From contig JBHLMP010000011.1 in the NCBI GenBank assembly GCA_048938025.1, forward strand, positions 1 through 25,176: DNA of 25,176 bases. Reading direction: 5' to 3'. Under the pieces are notes generated by a model. The model saw only the letters and a program-made list of their open reading frames with translations. It had not been told where the DNA came from and searched no databases. Origin of the DNA: Promethearchaeota archaeon. GTDB lineage: Archaea > Asgardarchaeota > Lokiarchaeia > Sigyniarchaeales > SOKP01. A program made the translations under genes and the position numbers. This document shows, in pieces, positions 18,097-25,176 of this stretch (within the stretch, counting starts at the first letter, position 1; each line of letters opens with the position of its first letter).

Positions 18097-18267
18097 GACC
18101 TTGCAATGGTTTTGGGATTACTTTCGAATCTTTTTTTAACTATTTCTGTTGAATTTTTTATTTATTTATTTTTTTGTTTAAGGACTTATTGTTAATTTAC
18201 TTGAAAAAAGACTTATTTCTAATCTATAAAAAGAATCTATTAAAATCTAGTTTGTTACATAAATAGT

Positions 18268-18456
18268 ATGAATATAATAGCTTGCAAAAAATGTGGTTTA
18301 ACCATAGAGAATAAGGAACCTGGTAACTATTATTGTGAAAATTGCTCTAAAGATATGAAATTTTTTAAAGTGGATGCATTTTGTGGAGGGAAACCAGGAG
18401 AACTTTATGATCATGATGATGATCATGAAGATAGAGATCATAACGTTATACATTGA
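18268..18456 (+). CDS. Zn-ribbon/rubredoxin-like small protein with His/Asp-rich tail
   Basis: CKKCGLTIENKEPGNYYCENC; tail DHDDDHEDRDHNVIH. Confidence 0.8.
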   Translation: MNIIACKKCGLTIENKEPGNYYCENCSKDMKFFKVDAFCGGKPGELYDHDDDHEDRDHNVIH

Positions 18457-18536
18457 AGTTGAATCTAAACATATTTCTTTATAGAAATATTTTATTTAGA
18501 AATGTTAAATTTGAATCTAAATCTTCTTTTTCTACT

Positions 18537-18695
18537 ATGAAAAAATATGCTATTTGTAAAAAATGCGGATTTACTATTGAAAATAAAGATCCTGGTAATT
18601 ATTACTGTCCTCAGTGTAAGAACGAAGGCCAATTTTTCAAATTAAAATTGTTTGATGGCTCTAAACCTGGTAAAGTATATGAAAAGGATAATTAA
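18537..18695 (+). CDS. Zn-ribbon/rubredoxin-like small protein (52 aa), tandem paralog
   Basis: The start is most likely the ATG at 18537: MKKYAICKKCGFTIENKDPGNYYCPQCKNEGQFFKLKLFDGSKPGKVYEKDN. It aligns without gaps with 18268-18456 (CKKCGxTIENKxPGNYYC..C, FFK, GxKPGxxY). Confidence 0.8.
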   Translation: MKKYAICKKCGFTIENKDPGNYYCPQCKNEGQFFKLKLFDGSKPGKVYEKDN

Positions 18696-18764
18696 GAATC
18701 GTATTAAATTCATTTTTATTATTTTTGCAATAATATTATAAAAATTCTTTCTTTTTTGTATATT

Positions 18765-19472
18765 ATGACAAACGCATTATACATGGATGATAGCTATTTA
18801 AAAACTTGGCAAGCTAAAATTGTAAACGTTAAAGATGATAAATATATCATTCTTGACAAAACGGCCTTCTATCCAAAAGGGGGAGGGCAACCGTGGGATG
18901 AAGGTTTCTTAACAAAAAATGGGGAAAAATTTAGAGTTGTTTATGTTGGTAAGTTCTCTGGTGAAATTAGCCATGAAGTTGATAAACCCGGCCTAAAAGA
19001 AGGGGATAAAGTTTCCTGTGAATTAGATTGGGAAAGGAGGTATACTTATATGAGATATCATACGGCCTCTCATCTAATTTCTAATATTCTCTATAGAAGG
19101 GCTAATGCTAAAATAACCGGTAACCAAATAGAGATGGATAAAACAAGAATGGATTTTTCTATGATTGATTATTCTCCGGAAAAGCTGCGAGATTACGTTG
19201 ATGAAGCAAATAGAGCCATTGGGCAAGATTTACCTGTTACGATAGATTATATGTCTCGAGAAGAAGTATTAAAAAAACCAGAATTAGCACGATTAGCAAT
19301 AGGATTACCAGAAGATATTGAAGAATTTCGCATTGTCAGAATAGGAGATATTGATGAACAAGTTGATGGTGGAACACATATTAAGCATCTAAAAGAGATT
19401 GGCAAGATTGAAGTAACTAAAACAGTAAATAAAGGTAAAAATAATAGAAGGATGTATTTTATTCTTAAATAA
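18765..19472 (+). CDS. alaX: Freestanding Ala-tRNA editing protein AlaX (AlaX-M type)
   Basis: LYMDDSYL, LDKTAFYPKGGGQPWDEG, LDWERRYTYMRYHTASH (HxxxH), DGGTH, GKIEVTK..NKGKNNRRMY. ATG at 18765 preferred over TTG at 18756. Confidence 0.92.
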   Translation: MTNALYMDDSYLKTWQAKIVNVKDDKYIILDKTAFYPKGGGQPWDEGFLTKNGEKFRVVYVGKFSGEISHEVDKPGLKEGDKVSCELDWERRYTYMRYHTASHLISNILYRRANAKITGNQIEMDKTRMDFSMIDYSPEKLRDYVDEANRAIGQDLPVTIDYMSREEVLKKPELARLAIGLPEDIEEFRIVRIGDIDEQVDGGTHIKHLKEIGKIEVTKTVNKGKNNRRMYFILK

Positions 19473-19840
19473 TTTAATTTTACACCTTTGGTATTATTTT
19501 ATATCCCATTTATACTTTATTTAGCTTAATTGAAAAAGGAGAGTCCCTTTTATATTTATTTTTGAATATTCCCATTACAACTCGGAATTGGACTTCGGCA
19601 ATAGAAACTATAAATGTAATTATCTCATCACTTTTTATTGGTCATCATATTGATGATTTCTTTAAATTTATATGGCTTCTCGAATAATCACACCTCAAAC
19701 ACCATTCCTCCATTCTATATACTTTTTTTTTTCTAAATTCTGAAATCACCTTCATTTCTTATTAATACAATTTTGACAAAGTTTTTTATTTTTCAAAATC
19801 TAATCATATTTTAAGTACGATTCTTAACGATTTTTATTTC

Positions 19841-20374
19841 ATGAATGCTGGTAAAAAATTAAAATTTAAAATCACTGTAATTGGGGACGGAAGGGTAGGA
19901 AAAACATCTTTAATTCAAAAATTCACCCTTGGTGACTTTGATACCAATTATGTTGAAACTATAGGAGCCCAATTTTCTAATTACGACAAGGAAATTAATG
20001 GAGATCACATTATATTAATATTTTGGGATATTGCGGGCCAAAGAGATTTTGATTTTTTACGCCCTTCCTTTTATAGGGAAAGCGATGCCGCTATCATTGT
20101 ATTTAGCCTTGAAGAGAATGATCTTGGTAGAGAAAGCTTTAAACATATATCAAATTGGCATGAAGATATTAAACGTTTTTGTGGAGATATCCCTATTATC
20201 TTATTCGCAAATAAGATCGATTTAATTGAGGAAGCTAATTTAAATCACTCTAGAATTCAAGAAATTGTGAATAATAACAATTTTCTTAGGTATTATACAA
20301 CCTCAGCTAAAACAGGGCAAGGAGTTCATGAAGCATTTAAGGCAATTATTGAGAAATTATATTTTCATTCATAA
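19841..20374 (+). CDS. Rab-like (Ras superfamily) small GTPase
   Basis: G1 GDGRVGKTS, G2 YVETIG, G3 WDIAGQ, LRPSFYR, G4 NKID, G5 TSAKTG; no C-terminal prenylation cysteines. Confidence 0.92.
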   Translation: MNAGKKLKFKITVIGDGRVGKTSLIQKFTLGDFDTNYVETIGAQFSNYDKEINGDHIILIFWDIAGQRDFDFLRPSFYRESDAAIIVFSLEENDLGRESFKHISNWHEDIKRFCGDIPIILFANKIDLIEEANLNHSRIQEIVNNNNFLRYYTTSAKTGQGVHEAFKAIIEKLYFHS

Positions 20375-20532
20375 AATAATTATAGAAAAAATCAATTTAT
20401 AACCAAAATCTTTCACTTTTTCGTAATTTATTGAATCCAATTGATCGAAAACTTTAATTAAGTAATTTGGTCTAATATTAATACACACAAAATTGTAAAA
20501 ACCAATTTTATATAAATAATTAAAAATTCAAT

Positions 20533-22290
20533 TTGAGGAGAGTTATATTGGGGGCAGAAACTAAACCAAAAGCTCTTAAACACAAATTAAAAGACCTAAA
20601 AAAGCCAATAATAGGTGCAGGGATCATTGCTGTGGTAGCAATCACCGGCATTGTGGGTGGTATATTTTTTTATTTTAGTGCAGTTGAAAAAGAGAAGGAT
20701 ACTCTTACAAGTAGCTATGGAGGGCTTTGGTGGTATGACACGCTTTTCAAGCCTAGAGGTTTGGGTCCTTCTGCTGCTCCTAGTTCTATAGGGGTAATAA
20801 ACCAAATTGCTGAAGGTCTTTTTGAATATGAGATCACTAATGAATATACCCGTATTGTTCCAAATCTAGCATTAGGGGAGATATGGAGTTCAGATGGTTT
20901 AAATCTTACATGTCTCCTTAGAGAGGGGGTTAAATTTCACGATGGAACACCATTTAATGCGTATGCCGTGAAATGGAACTTCGATAGGCTCCAAAATTTA
21001 TTAAACAATATGTCGTACCCAAATATATGGTATGATGAAGAATGGAATTTGATTCTAAATAGAACTGAAATAATTGACGACTATACTGTAAGGTTTGTAT
21101 TAAACAGACCCTTTGTTCCATTCAAGGCAATGCTGTGTAGTTTACAGTCGTATATTTTATCGCCTAACACTGCTCCATTAAATAATTTTATCGAAATTGA
21201 TACTAATCTCATTGGAACTGGACCATTTAAATACGATTCCTCTACCTTTGCATATGAGCCAGTTTGGATGCTTAATTATACGGTAAACACTACGTTACTC
21301 GCTAATCCTGATTATTGGGATGGGCCTCCTAAACTAAATACATTAATCTTTAAATTTTTTGTGGATGGTGTTGAGGAAAGATATGAAGCACTGTTATCTG
21401 GGGAAATTCAATTGACATCTCTTTGGCCTTACGATCCAGAAAATTACACTAGCCACCCTGGGATTACTCTAAATTATATTGATACTCCAGATATATGGTT
21501 AATATTTATAAAAAACAACTTAATAAACGCAACAATGAGAAAAGCACTCTCTTACGCTATTAATTATACTAAACTATTGGCATATGGAGAGACTCTGTGG
21601 GAAGGTGGTGTTATAAGAGCCAGATCACCACTTTCAAAAGGAATGCTCTACTCTAATTGGAAAGATTTTGATGTACCTTATTATAATATAACAATTGCCC
21701 GTCAAGTGTTAAAAGATATAAATTGGAATGGTACAGCTGGAACCCTGACTGCCAATGATAATATTACTGCTGGAAATGAATGGGAAAGTCTTGTAACTAA
21801 TGGAACACCTCTCGCAATATATAACGTCTCATATAACCCTACAAAACCTTTCCAAATTTTTTATAAAGATCTATTAGTCGAAAGCTTTAAACAAATTGGA
21901 GTTGAGATAAATCAAATTCCCGTGGTATCGGGTGAGGAGTATAAAAATGGATGGTCCCATTTCATATATTGGTTGGGTTGGGGTCCAGACTATAATGATC
22001 CGAGGAGTAATATCAACCCATTATTTTCGAGTAAAGCAGATGGATACGTTAATCTTGGAGAAGTTAATGATACATTAGTCCAGCAATGGATGGAAGCGGG
22101 GTTAACAGAAATGAATGAAACTGTGAGAGCACAATATTATTATGATATTCAAAAACGTCTTATTGAAGTTGTATATCCATGTATATGGACTTATACAGAA
22201 AGACTCTGCAACGTTCATGGTCCAAATTTAAGAGGAATTAATTATTATCTATGGCCCTATAAAGATTTATTAAAGGATGCCCATTTCTAA
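20533..22290 (+). CDS. ABC transporter substrate-binding protein family 5 (DppA/OppA-like), TM-anchored
   Basis: N-terminal TM; IAEGLFEY, VPNLA, LREGVKFHDGTPFNAYAVKWNFDR, IGTGPFK, NPDYW, MRKALSYAINY, GWGPDYNDP. Start codon uncertain (TTG 20533 or 20548). Confidence 0.9.
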   Translation: MRRVILGAETKPKALKHKLKDLKKPIIGAGIIAVVAITGIVGGIFFYFSAVEKEKDTLTSSYGGLWWYDTLFKPRGLGPSAAPSSIGVINQIAEGLFEYEITNEYTRIVPNLALGEIWSSDGLNLTCLLREGVKFHDGTPFNAYAVKWNFDRLQNLLNNMSYPNIWYDEEWNLILNRTEIIDDYTVRFVLNRPFVPFKAMLCSLQSYILSPNTAPLNNFIEIDTNLIGTGPFKYDSSTFAYEPVWMLNYTVNTTLLANPDYWDGPPKLNTLIFKFFVDGVEERYEALLSGEIQLTSLWPYDPENYTSHPGITLNYIDTPDIWLIFIKNNLINATMRKALSYAINYTKLLAYGETLWEGGVIRARSPLSKGMLYSNWKDFDVPYYNITIARQVLKDINWNGTAGTLTANDNITAGNEWESLVTNGTPLAIYNVSYNPTKPFQIFYKDLLVESFKQIGVEINQIPVVSGEEYKNGWSHFIYWLGWGPDYNDPRSNINPLFSSKADGYVNLGEVNDTLVQQWMEAGLTEMNETVRAQYYYDIQKRLIEVVYPCIWTYTERLCNVHGPNLRGINYYLWPYKDLLKDAHF

Positions 22291-22379
22291 GATTTAATTT
22301 CTTTTTTTTATTTATTTTATTATTTTTGTAGATAAATCTAATAATACTACAAAAATAAAATCTCAAAAAACCATCCTTA

Positions 22380-23384
22380 TCAATCATTTTTTAGATTTAC
22401 CAAATAGCTACCCTCATTGTATCCGTAGAATGAGATATTATAGTTACCAATTGCAGGAAAATCAAGGGAATTAAATATATAACGAGTTATCCACAATCCA
22501 TTAGGAGGAAGTTCTTCCTCTTTAAATTCAAAACCTATTACACTAGTAATAGGTTCTGGAGAACGTTGACCCATAGATTTGAAAAAAGTAAACATTGCTC
22601 CCACATTAGTGTTTTTGTCAGTATAAACCAATGTGATTACTCCCTCATTTGTCATGCAATAACCTGTAATATTAGCGGTTAGTGTTGTATTCTGCGTAAT
22701 ATTGATATATATATCTCCTTCAAAATTTTCAGTAAGGTTCCATACACTATTTTGAGCATATTGAACATTAATTGCCTTTAAATCTATATTTCCTACTCCC
22801 ACAATTCCAGTTATATTACCTCCAATAGTACAGAATATGAAATCAATATAAATATTTCCTTCCTCACAATATATGTCTACATTATCAATGGTTATCCCCG
22901 GTGCTAGTAGAGAAACATCTCCTTCCTTTGTTATCGTTGTGTTAATATTGAATAATATGGCAGGATTAAGAGTAACAACCAAATTAATATCTTTTTTTTC
23001 CCATATTATATCATCAAACTCACTTTCTGCTAATAGCTCCATTGTAAATGTGAATGATGAGTCTGTATTATCCCATTCAATATCGAAGTAATCAGAGTAA
23101 TTTTTGCTGGGGATATTTTGACCAATCATCTCAATATTAAGATCTACTCTCGCATGATAATCAATTGGGTCATAAGTGTACTTTATATCGACATTACCGA
23201 CATCAATTTCAAGCTTTAAATCTATAACTGTTGAAGAATTGAAAATAAACTTTCGATATTCTTGATGATCAATGGAAATATAAGGTGAGAATCCTAATGT
23301 AATGAAAAAAATAGGTATTGAAATAATAATGCTGAATCCAAAAACAATCATTATAATTATTGCGACAATTTCTCTTCTTGCCAT
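22380..23384 (-). CDS. Membrane-anchored beta-strand-repeat surface protein (DUF4097-like), paralog of 5593-6609
   Basis: IDVGNVDIKYTYDPIDYHARVDLNIEMIG..YSDYF aligns with TDIGKINLKYNTTPTDYYAKIDADIHVVG..FSDFF; CTIGGNIT aligns with CILAGNIT; many sequons. Confidence 0.7.
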   Translation of the reverse strand: MARREIVAIIIMIVFGFSIIISIPIFFITLGFSPYISIDHQEYRKFIFNSSTVIDLKLEIDVGNVDIKYTYDPIDYHARVDLNIEMIGQNIPSKNYSDYFDIEWDNTDSSFTFTMELLAESEFDDIIWEKKDINLVVTLNPAILFNINTTITKEGDVSLLAPGITIDNVDIYCEEGNIYIDFIFCTIGGNITGIVGVGNIDLKAINVQYAQNSVWNLTENFEGDIYINITQNTTLTANITGYCMTNEGVITLVYTDKNTNVGAMFTFFKSMGQRSPEPITSVIGFEFKEEELPPNGLWITRYIFNSLDFPAIGNYNISFYGYNEGSYLVNLKND

Positions 23385-23546
23385 TATTAAAACTATTTGA
23401 ACTAATTTTATGATACTCTAATTAATTAGTTAAGAGAGATTTTTATTTAAATTAAACCTATAAAACTAAGATGCTAAATTTTTTATATTGAACTCTCTTA
23501 AATTACATATAATTCATACGCTAGCATTATTTAGTGATACCAATTA

Positions 23547-24572
23547 ATGTTATTTATCACTTTTAATCCCATCGAGCGCTTTATTTCGAGTTTAACTATT
23601 TCTGTGTTAATTATTTCTAGTGTATTTTTTTTTTCCCAAGGTCGAAAACGGGAAATTTATCATGAAAAAATGCTGATGTATGGTTTTGCTAGTTCATGGT
23701 TCATTATCGGCTTGGTAAGAATCTTTTTTTATTTTAGCGATTATTTATTAGAAGGCACTTATACTGGTGATATTGAAAGCATCTTTGAGGCAAATAATCT
23801 TGCTTATATTCTTGTTTATTATTTCTACGTGTATGCTTATATATATATTTTTATCAATATAGTAATACTATGTGTACTTTTTATATGGTTTTCTATTAGA
23901 TTGAAAGCTGAATTTAAGGCAATTTCCTCAATGATGGCAATTGGTTTTACCACATTTTTAATTGGATGGACTTTTGAGGCGATACCATTAAAAGGCTTAA
24001 ATCTTATTTTTTCAGGAATATCATCTTTTCTCGTTTTCATTGGGGTACTAATAGCTTTAGCACCATTAATTCTTAATATTGAATTTTTTTATCGACCTTT
24101 AGTTAATTGGATAATTATAATCTTAATTACGGGCATCTTAACATTTCTAGGATTAATTATTTTTACTAATTTAGATTTATCCACAATAGGGCTAATAATA
24201 ATAGGTATTTCTACTTTTATACTTATTGTAGTAATAATATATATAATATTTATTATGGTTAAAAGAGTTAGAGTTCGGGAAACTCCATTAATAGAGGAGA
24301 AAGCAGAACTTAAAGATTTCTTAAAGATCTTTACTAAACCACCAACTATTACTGAAGATGAAATTAATTTTGCTATAGAAAAAAAAATTTGTTTAGTGTG
24401 TAAGAGTAAAGTTTCAAGATTAAATTATTTATGCCCTAAATGTGAAGTACTTTATTGCGTTAGATGTTCCAATGCATTAAGTAGTTTAGAGAATGAATGT
24501 TGGGTATGTAAAACACCTTTTGATATTGGGAAATCTAAAGGAGGAGATCAGGATGATATACTCATTGTTTAA
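23547..24572 (+). CDS. ~7-TM membrane protein with C-terminal C4C4 RING-like zinc finger
   Basis: About seven hydrophobic segments, then CLVC-x10-CPKC-x4-CVRC-x10-CWVCKTPF (24390-24521). Confidence 0.8.
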   Translation: MLFITFNPIERFISSLTISVLIISSVFFFSQGRKREIYHEKMLMYGFASSWFIIGLVRIFFYFSDYLLEGTYTGDIESIFEANNLAYILVYYFYVYAYIYIFINIVILCVLFIWFSIRLKAEFKAISSMMAIGFTTFLIGWTFEAIPLKGLNLIFSGISSFLVFIGVLIALAPLILNIEFFYRPLVNWIIIILITGILTFLGLIIFTNLDLSTIGLIIIGISTFILIVVIIYIIFIMVKRVRVRETPLIEEKAELKDFLKIFTKPPTITEDEINFAIEKKICLVCKSKVSRLNYLCPKCEVLYCVRCSNALSSLENECWVCKTPFDIGKSKGGDQDDILIV

Positions 24573-24801
24573 TCTTTTTTCAATATACAGTGATTTAAGT
24601 TTCCTGATTACATTACTACTTGTAGTTTTTTTGTTAATTCCTTATACGCTTTTGATATTTATTGTTATATGGGTATATAAAGACGCTAAAAAGAAAAAAA
24701 TAAATGCTCATTTATGGGTTTTAATTGTTTGGATAACTCCATTTTTCATTGGGTTTGTTAGATATATGATATTCCGAAAAAAGACTACTTCAAATGATTA
24801 G
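24553..24801 (+). CDS. Small 2-TM membrane protein (PLDc_N-like 'WVYxDA' family), 82 aa
   Basis: ATG 24553 preceded by GGAGGAG; IWVYKDAKKKKINAHLWVLIVWITPFFIGFVRYMIFR; overlaps the RING gene end by 20 nt. Confidence 0.7.
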   Translation: MIYSLFNLFSIYSDLSFLITLLLVVFLLIPYTLLIFIVIWVYKDAKKKKINAHLWVLIVWITPFFIGFVRYMIFRKKTTSND

Positions 24802-24906
24802 AACTGTAATTTCGTTAAAAAGGAGTGAAATTAAAAAAACATTAACTTTTAAATGTTTAATAATCATAATTAAAACATAAAATAGAAATCGAAAGTGTAA
24901 AGAATT

Positions 24907-25173
24907 TTGATAATTTCAGTTGAGGACTCCAGAACAGGAAGAATCATTAAATTAGATGTCAAAGACAATCAACTAATTGAAAGAATTATTGATATAATCG
25001 TAAAACATATGGGTATTATTAGTAGTGAGCAACGCTCCTACACTTTAGTACTTAATAATCGAGAATTACCAAATAAAATAACAATAGCAGATGCTATCCA
25101 TAAATATGGTTTAAAAGAAAACCAGAAGTTAATTTTATGGGCAAGAGTTATAGGCGGTTTTTTAAAAACTTAG
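24907..25173 (+). CDS. Ubiquitin-like (beta-grasp) protein with di-glycine and a short C-terminal extension
   Basis: IISVEDSRTGRIIKLDVKDNQLIERIIDII...YTLVLNNRELPNKITIADA...GLKENQKLILWARVIGG-FLKT*. Follows the ubiquitin hydrophobic pattern and ends like LRLRGG. Confidence 0.8.
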   Translation: MIISVEDSRTGRIIKLDVKDNQLIERIIDIIVKHMGIISSEQRSYTLVLNNRELPNKITIADAIHKYGLKENQKLILWARVIGGFLKT

Positions 25174-25176
25174 TGT

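Noticed and set aside
18453-18536. N-terminal 28-aa extension of the second tandem Zn-ribbon ORF
   Set aside because: It is AT-rich spacer with repeats; alignment with the paralog supports the ATG at 18537.
19528-19755. Minus-strand short ORF (MKVISEF...WCLRCDYSRSH...SSI) followed by tandem in-frame TGA TGA (19647-19642), as a possible second selenoprotein or Zn-finger remnant
   Set aside because: No recognisable fold, no SECIS-like hairpin seen downstream, and the Cys-containing pieces fall in different frames. At best a decayed fragment.
1505-24040. Antisense or alternate-frame ORFs in the track (e.g. 1505-1762, 2101-2385, 5215-5427, 9529-9810, 9649-9864, 11178-11384, 12183-12374, 12454-12657, 13116-13313, 14329-14607, 15625-15900, 15922-16110, 17000-17227, 17878-18090, 20031-20225, 20596-20805, 22873-23091, 23837-24040)
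   Set aside because: All shadow well-supported genes. The similarity between 14329-14607 and 15625-15900 only mirrors the GDH duplication.
24493-24552. Longer start for the small membrane protein
   Set aside because: It overlaps the RING-coding segment; ATG 24553 has a GGAGGAG upstream.

Overview
AT-rich archaeal chromosomal window. A Rab-like GTPase, a ubiquitin-like protein, a membrane RING-type protein, an SDS22-like LRR protein and a 3'-UTR SECIS together point to an Asgard archaeon, probably Lokiarchaeia (inference). It carries anaerobic metabolism genes: a 2-hydroxyacyl-CoA dehydratase fragment, two CCG/Fe-S proteins, an FAD oxidoreductase, a truncated ACS-beta-like protein with CooC, and tandem glutamate dehydrogenase paralogs. 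Housekeeping enzymes (Pcp, TatD, AlaX) and sequon-rich surface proteins are also present. Main findings: (1) a peroxiredoxin-like selenoprotein truncated by the ORF track (in-frame TGA in a UxxC motif) with a eukaryote-style AUGA/GA SECIS hairpin just after its stop codon, flanked by three paralogous Cx2C-x13-Cx2C microproteins; (2) a ~7-TM protein with a C-terminal RING-like domain upstream of a ubiquitin-like precursor ending GG-FLKT; (3) a membrane protein plus EEP hydrolase pair resembling a split Cwh43/PGAP2IP lipid-remodelling protein; (4) a second GDH paralog with the leucine-dehydrogenase-type GPALGG motif. No rRNA, tRNA, CRISPR array or mobile element was seen.
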